A stretch of DNA of 64,000 nucleotides from Candidatus Yanofskybacteria bacterium (lineage in GTDB: Bacteria; Patescibacteriota; Minisyncoccia; 2-02-FULL-40-12; GWA2-44-9): NCBI GenBank assembly GCA_020852375.1, contig JADZAY010000005.1:19814-83813 (forward strand), given 5' to 3'. The notes beneath the pieces are model-generated. The model did not search any database and was not told the DNA's origin. It saw only the letters and a list, made by a program, of their open reading frames with translations. Shown in pieces: positions 17,596 to 27,099 of this stretch. The number at the start of each line of letters is the position of its first letter. Positions within the stretch are counted from its first letter, which is position 1. Both the position numbers and the translations under genes were made by a program.

Positions 17596-18936
17596 ATGGA
17601 ATACGAATATTACATTGGAGGAACTCATTGCAACTCTTGTCAGATCATTCTTGAGCGAGAGATCGGAAAGCTCCCGAATGTCGCTCGGGTCCGCGTCGAT
17701 GCGGGCAGCGGACGTACGCGAATACGGTGGAATGGAGCCCCGGATCTTGAGCGGCTCGCGGCGACCGTGCGGCATGCCGGATATCAGTTCGGGCGCCGCT
17801 CGCGTTCGTGGATAGCGACCGACGGTTCTACCTGGAGTGCGGCGCTGGTCGCGGCGTGTCTCGTCTTCATCGGTTGGATCGCCGTGCGACTCCTGGGCCT
17901 TGATTCGCTCGCTGCGCGCACTGGCACCGGTATTGGTGCGACCGGCGCATTGGTCGCTGGTCTTACCGCTGGCGTTTCGACCTGCATGGCGTTGGTTGGC
18001 GGGCTGGTGCTGGCGTATGCCGCTCGGCATGCACAGAAACATCCGGAAGCGACGACGATCCAGAAGTTCCGTCCCCACCTCTTCTTCAACGCGGGGCGCA
18101 TCCTTGGTTTCGCGTTGTTGGGCGGGATCGTTGGTGCTGTGGGATCGTTGGCGCGACCGACGCCGGTCGTTACCGGTTGGCTTGTCGTGCTTGCGGGTGC
18201 GGCGATGGCGCTTGTTGGACTTTCGTTGACCGGTCTCGTACCGCGACTCTCGACGCTTTCCTTGCCCGGTTGGATCGCGCGACGATTGGGGATCGGATCG
18301 GATGTACGGGAATACAGCCACCGCGGAGCCATGGTGACCGGAGCGCTCACGTTCTTCGTCCCGTGCGGTTTCACGCAAGCGGCGCAGCTCGCCGCATTGG
18401 CGACCGGCAGCTTCGGAGGCGGTGCGCTCCTGATGGCCGCGTTCGCGGTCGGAACCGCGCCGGGTCTTCTGGGGGTTGGCTGGTTGTCATCGGCGGTGCG
18501 CGGCTCGGGTGGGCGCATCTTCTTCGCCGCGGCGGGGATCACTGCATTCGCGCTCGGCGTCTGGAACATCTCGAACGGATGGACCCTGACCGGCATCGTG
18601 TTGGGAGGTCCGTCGACGGCCGCCCCGGTCCGTCCGGGTGAGCGTGTGAGCGTTGCCGAGGTTCGCGATGGAAAGCAGTACGTCGATATGACGCAAGATG
18701 CGTTCGGGTATAGCGTTGACCGCATCGTGGTGAAGCGCGGGATCCCGGTCGTGTGGCGTGTTACATCGGAGAACTCGTACACCTGCGCGAGCTCGTTGAA
18801 TCTTCCCGCGATGAACATCGCGGTGAATCTTCAGCCTGGCCAGAACGTTGTCGAGTTCACCCCTCAAACGACCGGTCGGATGCGGTTCTCCTGCTCGATG
18901 GGCATGTACCGCGGTATCATCGAAGTTGTTGATTAA
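17596..18936 (+). CDS. three-part fusion: N-terminal HMA metal-binding domain, polytopic DsbD_2/CcdA-like permease domain, and C-terminal cupredoxin-like domain
   Basis: HMA motif YYIGGTHCNSCQ. About 8 TM helices with a conserved Cys (FFVPCGFTQAA). The C-terminal about 100 aa end in GRMRFSCSMGMYRGIIEVVD, homologous to the following small protein. Confidence 0.6.
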   Translation: MEYEYYIGGTHCNSCQIILEREIGKLPNVARVRVDAGSGRTRIRWNGAPDLERLAATVRHAGYQFGRRSRSWIATDGSTWSAALVAACLVFIGWIAVRLLGLDSLAARTGTGIGATGALVAGLTAGVSTCMALVGGLVLAYAARHAQKHPEATTIQKFRPHLFFNAGRILGFALLGGIVGAVGSLARPTPVVTGWLVVLAGAAMALVGLSLTGLVPRLSTLSLPGWIARRLGIGSDVREYSHRGAMVTGALTFFVPCGFTQAAQLAALATGSFGGGALLMAAFAVGTAPGLLGVGWLSSAVRGSGGRIFFAAAGITAFALGVWNISNGWTLTGIVLGGPSTAAPVRPGERVSVAEVRDGKQYVDMTQDAFGYSVDRIVVKRGIPVVWRVTSENSYTCASSLNLPAMNIAVNLQPGQNVVEFTPQTTGRMRFSCSMGMYRGIIEVVD

Positions 18937-18947
18937 CTCACTATCCT

Positions 18948-19307
18948 ATGAGTACTGATGAGATCGCTGTGGTCGTCATTGCGACGATCGGTATTGCGGG
19001 CATCGCGTGGTTCTTCTTTGGAAAACGAACTCGCGCGGTTCGCGCCGGGACGGTTATCGATATCGTAGTCGATGGGGGCTACTCACCCGATACGATCACG
19101 GTTCTGGTCGGGAAGCAGACGACGCTTCGGTTCTTCCGAAAAGATCCGTCCGATTGTCTCGAAGAGGTTGTTATTGCCGATCTCAAGATCCGGCGCACGC
19201 TTGCGCTCGGAGAAGTCACTGAGATCACACTTACTCCGCCGCGTGCTGGTACCTACCGCTTTTCATGCGGTATGGGCATGTATCACGGGGCGATCATCGC
19301 ATCATGA
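18948..19307 (+). CDS. membrane-anchored cupredoxin-like domain protein (Cupredoxin_1-type)
   Basis: N-terminal TM helix, then a beta-sandwich-like domain ending [19 protein letters not shown] (FxC..H..M pattern). Its stop overlaps the copA ATG. Confidence 0.55.
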   Translation: MSTDEIAVVVIATIGIAGIAWFFFGKRTRAVRAGTVIDIVVDGGYSPDTITVLVGKQTTLRFFRKDPSDCLEEVVIADLKIRRTLALGEVTEITLTPPRAGTYRFSCGMGMYHGAIIAS

Positions 19308-21541
19308 GCCAAACGACCAAAACCTTCCCGATCAAAGGGATGCATTGTGCGTCGTGCGTGACCCTGATCGAAGGGGCGCTCCGTGACGTGCACGGGGTTA
19401 GTACCGCGAATGTGAATCTCGCAAACGAGCGCGCGACCGTTACCTATGATCCGGCGCAGGTCACCGATGAGCAGCTGCGTTCGGCCGTTGCGAGTGTCGG
19501 GTATCAGGCGCTCATGAGTGATGAGCTGGCGCATGAAGATGCTGAGCGAGCTAGGAAACGGCGGGAGCTGGTTGCGCTCCGTTTTCGGGCGCTGTTCAGT
19601 CTTGCGCTGGGTGCGGTGATCGTCTGGGGAAGCTTTCCCGGGATCTCCGCCATTGCCCCCGCGCTGCTTCGGAATGCGTGGTTCCAGTTCGCGGTCGCGA
19701 TACCGGTCCAATTCTGGGCGGGATGGCAGTTCTATCGGGCGACGTGGTCGTCGCTTCGGCATCGGAGCGCGAACATGGATACGCTGGTGACCATTGGAAC
19801 GAGCGTCGCATTCATCTATTCGGCGTTCATGACCATTGCCCCGCATCTCGTTCAGCGGCTTGGTATCATGCCGGAACCCTACTTCGACGTTTCAACCGTG
19901 ATCATCGGGCTCATCCTGCTCGGACGCTACTTCGAGGCACGCGCAAAAGCGGGCACATCGGAGGCGATCCGAAAGCTGTTGGGCCTGCAGGCGAAGACCG
20001 CCCGCGTGATCCGTGACGGGCAGGAGATCGATGTTCCGCTTGCCGAGGTTGCGGTAGACGACGTGCTTCGGGTGCGCCCGGGTGAAAAAGTTCCGGTTGA
20101 CGGGGTTATTCTCGAAGGCGCTTCCGCGATCGATGAATCCATGGTGACCGGGGAAAGTATTCCAGCAGATAAAGGTCCCGGAGATGCCGTTATTGGCGCG
20201 ACCGTGAATCGGAACGGTTCATTCACCTTCCGCGCCACGAAGATCGGTTCTGAAACGATGCTTGCGCAGATCGTTCGCCTCGTGCAGGAAGCGCAGGGAA
20301 GCAAGGCACCCATTCAGCGGCTGGCGGATACCGTCTCGTCCTACTTTGTTCCGGTCGTGCTCATGCTTGCGATCGCAACGTTCGCGCTCTGGTATGTCGT
20401 TGGCCCGGAGCCGTCACTACCGTTCGCGACGCTCTCGATGGTCGCGGTGCTTATCATCGCTTGTCCGTGTGCGATGGGATTGGCGACGCCAACGGCGATC
20501 ATGGTGGGGACTGGTCTTGGCGCTGAGCACGGTATCCTCATCAAGGACGCGGAGGCGCTCGAGATCGCCCATACGGTGAACACGGTTGCCTTCGACAAGA
20601 CCGGAACGCTGACCGAAGGGAAGCCGCGCGTTACTCGCGTCGTTGCCCGAGAGGGGCGCGGTGAAGCGGATATTCTTGCGATCGAGTATGCGCTGGAGCG
20701 CTCGTCGAGCCATCCGGTTGCCGCGGCCATCGTCGCAGAGGCGCGTGAGCGCGGGTTAGCGACACCGCCGGAACCGGAATCGTTCGTCGCAGTGCCCGGG
20801 CATGGCGTCCAGGGAGTTGTTCGTGAGATGTCCGTGCGTGCGGGGACTGAGCGCTTTCTTCGAGCGGGCGGCATCGATACTGCGGTGATGCGAGCGGAGA
20901 TCGACCAGCTTATGGACGAGGGAAACACCGTGACCCTTATCGCGTCCGACGGTGAGCTTGTCGGGGTCATCGGTGTTGCGGATACCGAACGGGCAACAGC
21001 TCGTCAGGCGGTGGCGCAGCTTGTTCGGCGGGGCATTGAGGTTGTGATGATCACAGGGGACCATGAACGGGTCGCCCGCTCGGTCGCGACGCGTCTTGGT
21101 ATCACCCGATTCGTCGCGCAGGTGCTTCCCGAGCAGAAGTCGGCACAGGTTGAGGCGCTGCAGGCGGAAGGAAAGCGCGTTGCGATGGTCGGTGATGGTA
21201 TTAACGATGCTCCGGCGCTCGCGGCGGCCGATATCGGGATCGCTATGGCGAGCGGAACGGATGTCGCGATTGAAGCTGCGGATATCACGCTGGTCAGCAA
21301 GAATCTCGGTGCAATCGCGGTCGCACTGGACTTGTCGCGGCGAACCCTCCGGACGATCCGCATGAACCTTGTGTGGGCGTTTGGCTACAACATCGTTCTG
21401 ATCCCGGTTGCGATGGGAGCGTTGTATCCCGTCTGGGGAGTGCTCTTGAATCCAATGCTGGCATCCGCCGCGATGGCGTTCAGTTCGATCTCGGTCGTGC
21501 TCAACTCGCTCCTGCTCAAGCGGTGGCATGTGAGGGTGTAG
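19304..21541 (+). CDS. copA: copper-translocating P1B-type ATPase
   Basis: N-terminal HMA (GMHCASCV), TM CPC motif ([10 protein letters not shown]), DKTGTLT phosphorylation site, GDGINDAP hinge; 745 aa. Confidence 0.9.
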   Translation: MSQTTKTFPIKGMHCASCVTLIEGALRDVHGVSTANVNLANERATVTYDPAQVTDEQLRSAVASVGYQALMSDELAHEDAERARKRRELVALRFRALFSLALGAVIVWGSFPGISAIAPALLRNAWFQFAVAIPVQFWAGWQFYRATWSSLRHRSANMDTLVTIGTSVAFIYSAFMTIAPHLVQRLGIMPEPYFDVSTVIIGLILLGRYFEARAKAGTSEAIRKLLGLQAKTARVIRDGQEIDVPLAEVAVDDVLRVRPGEKVPVDGVILEGASAIDESMVTGESIPADKGPGDAVIGATVNRNGSFTFRATKIGSETMLAQIVRLVQEAQGSKAPIQRLADTVSSYFVPVVLMLAIATFALWYVVGPEPSLPFATLSMVAVLIIACPCAMGLATPTAIMVGTGLGAEHGILIKDAEALEIAHTVNTVAFDKTGTLTEGKPRVTRVVAREGRGEADILAIEYALERSSSHPVAAAIVAEARERGLATPPEPESFVAVPGHGVQGVVREMSVRAGTERFLRAGGIDTAVMRAEIDQLMDEGNTVTLIASDGELVGVIGVADTERATARQAVAQLVRRGIEVVMITGDHERVARSVATRLGITRFVAQVLPEQKSAQVEALQAEGKRVAMVGDGINDAPALAAADIGIAMASGTDVAIEAADITLVSKNLGAIAVALDLSRRTLRTIRMNLVWAFGYNIVLIPVAMGALYPVWGVLLNPMLASAAMAFSSISVVLNSLLLKRWHVRV

Positions 21542-21559
21542 CGGTGCTATACTCGGGTC

Positions 21560-22807
21560 ATGCCAGATGTACGTCGGACGATCGTAATCCTTGGCGCGGG
21601 GTTCGGAGGTATCTATGCATACCTCCGACTTCGCGCGCGGATCGATCGGACGACGACTCGCATCGTCATTGTGAATGCGACGAATCACTTTCTCTTCTCA
21701 CCGCTTTTGCACGAGGCGGCAACCGGGAGTCTCGGACTGCATAACGTGGTGCAGGGGGTGCGCGAGATCATCGATGGCGACTGCGCCGACTTGGTTCAGG
21801 CGACGGTCGAATCCATCGATATTTCGGGGCACGTCGTGCGTACCGATCGGGGTCCGATCGGATACGACCACTTGGTGATTGCTACTGGGGCGCATACCGA
21901 TACGATGCGGGTGCCCGGTATCACCGAACACGCTCTATTCTTGAAGGATTTGCACGATGCCCAGCGTCTCCGTGAGCGATTCATCGAGCAGTTCGAGTGC
22001 GCCGGTGCCGCCGGAGCGTCGGGTGTGGTGCAGGGGGCGCTGCGGTTCGTCGTTGTCGGCGGCGGGCCGACAGGCGTGGAGCTTGCCGCCGAGATGAGCG
22101 ACCTACTCTCGACGACCTTTCTCCGATTGTATCGCCGGCGCATCGCTCCGGGGGACGCCGAGATCGTTCTTGTGCATGCCGGGGAGCGGCTGTTACCGCA
22201 GTTCGATGAACATCTTTCGAGGGCCGCGCTTGCGACTCTCCGCCGGAAGGGTGTTCGCGTGCTTTTGAATACTCGCGTTGCCCGCGTCCAGGTTGATGGT
22301 GTTCATGTGGGCGGCGGTTCGTTTCTAGATGCTCATACCGTGATCTGGGTCGCGGGTGTCTGCCCAAGGGTTCCGCTCGCATTTCCGGCACTCCCGCTTC
22401 ACGAGAGTGGGCGTATCGCGGTCGACGAGTTCCTTCGCGTGCGCGGGACTGATTCGGTGTGGGCGCTCGGCGATGTTGCCGCCGCGTTCGATCAGAACGG
22501 AACACTCCTGCCGATGCGGGCACAGGTTGCCGTGTGTGAGGCGGAGTATTGCGCGGACAATGTCGTCGCAGCGATCGCAAAGAGGCCGCTTTCCGCGATG
22601 CAGTACGAGAGCAGAGGGGACCTCGTGTCGCTGGGACGCTGGAGCGCGGTCGGCCGCATTGCAGGGATCCGCTGGTCGGGACCGTCCGCCTGGTGGCTCT
22701 GGCGGACCGTGTATCTGTTCAACTTCGCGTCGTGGGGGAAGCGGCTCCGGATCGCTGTCGATTGGACGGTCGGCCTATTCGCCCCGCGGGACATCACAAG
22801 CGTCTAG
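21560..22807 (+). CDS. ndh: type II NADH:quinone oxidoreductase (NDH-2) / FAD-dependent pyridine nucleotide-disulfide oxidoreductase
   Basis: Two Rossmann GxGxxG motifs (IVILGAGFGGIYA and VVVGGGPTGVELAAE); about 415 aa, typical NDH-2 size. Confidence 0.7.
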   Translation: MPDVRRTIVILGAGFGGIYAYLRLRARIDRTTTRIVIVNATNHFLFSPLLHEAATGSLGLHNVVQGVREIIDGDCADLVQATVESIDISGHVVRTDRGPIGYDHLVIATGAHTDTMRVPGITEHALFLKDLHDAQRLRERFIEQFECAGAAGASGVVQGALRFVVVGGGPTGVELAAEMSDLLSTTFLRLYRRRIAPGDAEIVLVHAGERLLPQFDEHLSRAALATLRRKGVRVLLNTRVARVQVDGVHVGGGSFLDAHTVIWVAGVCPRVPLAFPALPLHESGRIAVDEFLRVRGTDSVWALGDVAAAFDQNGTLLPMRAQVAVCEAEYCADNVVAAIAKRPLSAMQYESRGDLVSLGRWSAVGRIAGIRWSGPSAWWLWRTVYLFNFASWGKRLRIAVDWTVGLFAPRDITSV

Positions 22808-22867
22808 CAGGTTGCTCTCCCTTGGAAACATGGTATAACTTTTAGTGTTCTTTCAGAAGGGGGTTTC

Positions 22868-23782
22868 ATGAACGGCAGGATCGTGGTGACAGGTGGTGCC
22901 GGATTCATCGGCGGCAATCTTGTGCATCGACTGTGCGAGAACGACTACGAAGTGGTTGTTCTCGACAATCTCGCGTCCGGAAAGCGCGAGAATGTGCACC
23001 GCTGGGCGACATTCATCAAGGGAGACGTTCGGGATCCGAGCGCGCTCGCCCAGGCGTTCGCAGGTGCCGATGTGGTGTTCCATCTCGCGGCGCTTCCTCG
23101 CGTACAGCTGTCGATCACCGATCCGGTCGGGACCGGGGCGGTGAATGTGTTCGGCACCGTGAACGCGCTGGTCGCGGCGCAGGTGGCGCGTGTCCGGCGA
23201 TTCGTGTTCGCCAGCTCAAGCTCGGTGTACGGGAATCCGCCCGTGCTACCGACGCCCGAGAATTCCCCGTATCAGCCGTTGAGCCCGTACGCCATCCACA
23301 AGATGCTGGGCGAGATGAACTGCCGAACGTGGTCCAGCATCTACGGACTGGATACGGTCTGCTTCCGATTCTTCAACGTGTACGGTCCCGGGTTCGATCC
23401 GTCGGGGGAATACGCGCTGGTGATCGGGAAGTTCATCATGCAGCGGCTCGCCGGAAAGCCGATGACCATTTGGGGAGACGGTCAGCAGGCACGCGACTTT
23501 ACGCACGTCGACGACGTAACGCACGCGTGCGAGCTCGTTATCTCGGCGAAGCTTCCTGATAAGGCGAACGCCTTCAATATCGGGGCCGGGCGGCCGACCG
23601 CGGTCGCACGCATTGCGGAGCTGATCGGAGGCGATGTGATGCACGAAGCCCCGCGTGCTGGAGAGCCGCGCAACTCGTTCGCTGACATCCGGTGGGTCAG
23701 CCATGCTCTGGGGTGGAGCCCGCAGGTGTCGATCGAGCAGGGCATCACGATGCTGAAGGTGAAGCTCGGATTGTGCGCATAG
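22868..23782 (+). CDS. NAD-dependent nucleotide-sugar epimerase/dehydratase (SDR extended family, GalE/UXS-like)
   Basis: VTGGAGFIGGNLV Rossmann motif and catalytic YxxxK (YAIHKMLGE). Confidence 0.8.
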   Translation: MNGRIVVTGGAGFIGGNLVHRLCENDYEVVVLDNLASGKRENVHRWATFIKGDVRDPSALAQAFAGADVVFHLAALPRVQLSITDPVGTGAVNVFGTVNALVAAQVARVRRFVFASSSSVYGNPPVLPTPENSPYQPLSPYAIHKMLGEMNCRTWSSIYGLDTVCFRFFNVYGPGFDPSGEYALVIGKFIMQRLAGKPMTIWGDGQQARDFTHVDDVTHACELVISAKLPDKANAFNIGAGRPTAVARIAELIGGDVMHEAPRAGEPRNSFADIRWVSHALGWSPQVSIEQGITMLKVKLGLCA

Positions 23783-23820
23783 CGCACCAGCGCCCTCTTG
23801 AGGAGGGCGCTTTTTATTTC

Positions 23821-24855
23821 TCACGACTGTGCCGGACGGACGAGCGAGAGGTAGATGTCGAGTAGTGCGTACAGAAGACTGAAGAGGATGGGTCCGAGCA
23901 GGATGCCCATTGGCCCGAACATGCCGATACCTCCAAGCACGGCGATCATCATAACGAGCGGGTGGATGCGAGCGCCACGTGCCATCAGGCGTGGTCCGAG
24001 GAAGTTGTCGAGCATGCCCACGGCAACGAGTGCCCAGAGCGCGAGGCCGATGGCCGGCCCGGTGCCGGCCGTCGCGGCAAGATATGCGATCGCTGGAACT
24101 TGGACCAGCGCAGTGCCGAGCGTCGGGATGAACGCCGCGACCATGATGACACTTCCCCAGAGGGCGGGGTTTGGGACCCCGAAGAGAGCGAATCCGATGC
24201 CTGCAACAAGTGCCTGGAGGAGCGCGAGCACGAGTTGGCCGCGGACCGTTGCCGTGATGGCGCGTCCGATCTTCCCGAGGATCTCCTGTTCGTGTGAGTC
24301 GGAGAGAGGGGAGATCTCCATGAGGCGACGTTTCAGGCGTTCGCCGTCACGGGTGAGGTAATAGAAGAACAGCAACAGGAAGAAGAAGTGAAGGATGGTG
24401 CGCGCGATGCCCGAAAATACCGGGCCGATAGACCCGACGATCCATCCGAACGCTTGCTGGAACCACGCACTGATCGCTTGCGTGTTGAGGGATGTCGCCG
24501 GGATCAGCTGACGGATTGACGGCGGCAGTTGGCTGACGATCTGCGCGATCACTTCTCCGGTCGCGTGTGCGCGGGCGTATCCGTACAGCCCCGCTGCCTC
24601 CTGCGCGATGCGGTATCCCGCAAGCGAAATGGGAGCCACGATGGTGATCAGGACGAGCAGGGTGAGTACGAGGGCTGCGAGCGAACGGTTCGGGATGAGT
24701 CGGAGGAGTTTTTGATATACCCCAGAAAAGAGGAATGCAAGAATAGCTCCCAGAATGAACGTGTTCAGATAGGGGAGCACCAAAACCGCGACCAGAGCGA
24801 TCGTCCCCAGCAGAAGAGCGAGGAAGAAAAATGATTCAATGTAGCGGCGCTCCAT
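23821..24855 (-). CDS. AI-2E family transporter (PerM/YhhT, UPF0118)
   Basis: 344 aa and about 8 TM helices. The N-terminal FLALLLGTIALVAVLVLPYLNTFILGAILAFLF pattern is typical of the family. Confidence 0.7.
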   Translation of the reverse strand: MERRYIESFFFLALLLGTIALVAVLVLPYLNTFILGAILAFLFSGVYQKLLRLIPNRSLAALVLTLLVLITIVAPISLAGYRIAQEAAGLYGYARAHATGEVIAQIVSQLPPSIRQLIPATSLNTQAISAWFQQAFGWIVGSIGPVFSGIARTILHFFFLLLFFYYLTRDGERLKRRLMEISPLSDSHEQEILGKIGRAITATVRGQLVLALLQALVAGIGFALFGVPNPALWGSVIMVAAFIPTLGTALVQVPAIAYLAATAGTGPAIGLALWALVAVGMLDNFLGPRLMARGARIHPLVMMIAVLGGIGMFGPMGILLGPILFSLLYALLDIYLSLVRPAQS

Positions 24856-25017
24856 GCCGTTAGTATACCATACCGGGCGATGTTCCCGGCTGTTCGCGGA
24901 AGTATTGACTTATGTGAATTATAATGTTATAGACTTATGTCTTCGCGTACGGGGACATACGGGTCGTTTCCAAAGAACGCCTGGCGGATATGCCCGCTTG
25001 GCAGAATAAGGAGAGTT

Positions 25018-27048
25018 ATGAGCACCCGAAGACACTGGCTTCCGGCAGCAATCATCGCTATCGGAATCGCCGTGGCGTGCACTCAGCCGGCGCCGACGCC
25101 ATCCTCGCCCTCGTCCATCGGAGACGCGGTCGTGGCCGGTGGTCAGGCGATCGAAGCGCCCGTGAGCGCTCCGTCTCCCAGTCCGGAAGCGGACTGTTCG
25201 GGCGAGCGCGCACTGGACTTCATCTCGGTCCTGGAGTTCAGCATCCCCAACGGGACTGCCAAGGTGAAGAACAACGGAACCTGCCCGCACTGGGTGGGCC
25301 TCGCGCTGTACGACCTTCGCGAAGGCCTCATGAAGCAGTACTTCGTCGCCGAGGACTTCAAAGAAGTTCCTCCGGGAGCGACCGCGAGGTTCGCGGTCGT
25401 CATTCCGGATGATGTCTGCTTGTACCAGTCCGACCTGCTCGCGGGAATCTCCGAGGCAGTGAAGGCAAACGGGACCTTCCCGAATCAGGCAGGACACCTA
25501 GTCGATACGGATGCGTTCGGCGGCAACTTCGGGAACAACGCGGCATGCAAGAAGCCGAAGGATCCGCCGACGCCCCCGCCTCCTCCGCCTCCGGTTTGTT
25601 CCGGTGTCGGGACGCCGAGCTTCTCGTTCGACAAGAACGAAGGCGAGACGACCGCTGGTGTGAAGTCCATCCTGACGTTCCCAGCGGGCTTCGCTGGCTC
25701 CGTTGCGCTGGCTCCGGCCCCGATCTCCGGGTTCCCCGGTGGCTCGGTGACCTCGGGCACGCCGAACACCTCAACGTATAATCGTCCCGCTGCCGGACAG
25801 CAGCCGCTGACGGTCATCGGGTCGTGGGAGGTGCGTAAGAGTGGTGAATTGTGCGCTTCCAATTCGGCTAGCGTGAGCATCACACCCCTGTCTCCGCCAC
25901 CTCCGCCTCCGCCGCCAACGTGTTCGGCCATCAACCTGAACGGCTCGGCGAGCGTGAGCGGTACGACGGCGACCATCACAGCAACCTGGAACGGGAGTGG
26001 CTCGACTACCGTCAAGTTGGACAACGGCACCGCGCAGCCCATCAGCAACGGGCCTCCCGGGGTGACGTATCCCGGATTGGCATCTGGAAACCATTCCGCT
26101 CTTCTGCACTACTCACAGGCTGGTGCGAGCTGTGACAAGACCGTTTCGTTCACCATTCAGGAGCCGCCGCCACCCCCACGAACCTGTGGCGACATTCATG
26201 TCGTCCTGCAGAATCCGCAGGTGAACGGCACATCGGCCACCTGTGCCGGCACCTGGAATGCGCCGCCGGCGGCAGGGACGATGTTCCTTGACGGCGGAAC
26301 GCCGCGAACCGTTGCCAGTGGTGCGGGGACGACCTACGCCAATCTGGCGGCTGGCAGCCACACCTGCAAGCTCGATGTGATGAACGGGAACGAGCCGTGT
26401 TCGGCGAGCAAGTTGTTCACCATCGAGCCTCCGCCTCCGCCGCGTGACTGCGAGGACGTGAAGGCGAAGATCGCCTGCTCTGTGTCGAATGACGATGCCA
26501 GTTGTCTGGTCGGCTGGGTCAACCCCGGCACCGGTGGCATCAAGCTCAACAATGGTCCATTCGAGCCGGTGGCGAACGGGGCGACGAAGCAGTACCCCAA
26601 CCTGAGCGCCGGCACCTACACCGCGACGCTGAAGGTGGAGGATGGTAGCCTCACCTGCACCGACTCCGACACCTTTACGGTCGAGGGCGGACCCAGTTGC
26701 CCGCCCAACCAGACCACGTGCAACGTTACGTGGACCAACCTGCTGGAAAGTCAGTTCGGTAACAACCCGAAGTGTTCGGACTTCGGTCTGCAGCGACTTC
26801 TCAAGCAGGAGAGCTTCCCGGATCCGAACTCGTGGGAGACCGATCGCGACGCATCCATGGTCATCGTGAAGGATGGCGCCTGCGGCACCGATGCCAATCG
26901 GTACTTTGCCAAGAAGGTGACGCCCAACCCGAACACGAAGTGGATCGCCGCCGGGCTTCATGTCGACTTCCTGTGCGAGGCCACTGGCCAGTACAAGAAC
27001 CTCTCGCATGTCGAACTGTGCGGTTGTCCCATCGGCACGGGCCGCTAG
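25018..27048 (+). CDS. large surface lipoprotein with polyproline linkers and tandem ~90-aa Cys-containing beta-domains
   Basis: AAGGAGAG RBS. Lipoprotein-like signal MSTRRHWLPAAIIAIGIAVAC. PPPPPPP tracts at about 25570, 25893, 26161 and 26431. At least three repeated domains with conserved C...G..A..L..G.H...L / TxxxP motifs. Confidence 0.55.
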   Translation: MSTRRHWLPAAIIAIGIAVACTQPAPTPSSPSSIGDAVVAGGQAIEAPVSAPSPSPEADCSGERALDFISVLEFSIPNGTAKVKNNGTCPHWVGLALYDLREGLMKQYFVAEDFKEVPPGATARFAVVIPDDVCLYQSDLLAGISEAVKANGTFPNQAGHLVDTDAFGGNFGNNAACKKPKDPPTPPPPPPPVCSGVGTPSFSFDKNEGETTAGVKSILTFPAGFAGSVALAPAPISGFPGGSVTSGTPNTSTYNRPAAGQQPLTVIGSWEVRKSGELCASNSASVSITPLSPPPPPPPPTCSAINLNGSASVSGTTATITATWNGSGSTTVKLDNGTAQPISNGPPGVTYPGLASGNHSALLHYSQAGASCDKTVSFTIQEPPPPPRTCGDIHVVLQNPQVNGTSATCAGTWNAPPAAGTMFLDGGTPRTVASGAGTTYANLAAGSHTCKLDVMNGNEPCSASKLFTIEPPPPPRDCEDVKAKIACSVSNDDASCLVGWVNPGTGGIKLNNGPFEPVANGATKQYPNLSAGTYTATLKVEDGSLTCTDSDTFTVEGGPSCPPNQTTCNVTWTNLLESQFGNNPKCSDFGLQRLLKQESFPDPNSWETDRDASMVIVKDGACGTDANRYFAKKVTPNPNTKWIAAGLHVDFLCEATGQYKNLSHVELCGCPIGTGR

Positions 27049-27099
27049 TCCATTTCGTGACGGCAGTAGCGCAAATGCGCTACTGCCGTTTTTTCTTAT

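Noticed and set aside
17368-18378. 336-aa minus-strand ORF antisense to the HMA-permease gene
   Set aside because: The + strand ORF has HMA and TM domains plus a homologous downstream paralog. The antisense ORF is Arg-rich and low-complexity.
20756-21688. 310-aa minus-strand ORF inside copA
   Set aside because: copA motifs are unambiguous on the + strand.
26113-27009. 298-aa minus-strand ORF antisense to the lipoprotein gene
   Set aside because: The + strand ORF has an RBS, a signal peptide and an internal repeat structure. The antisense frame is Arg/Gly-rich.
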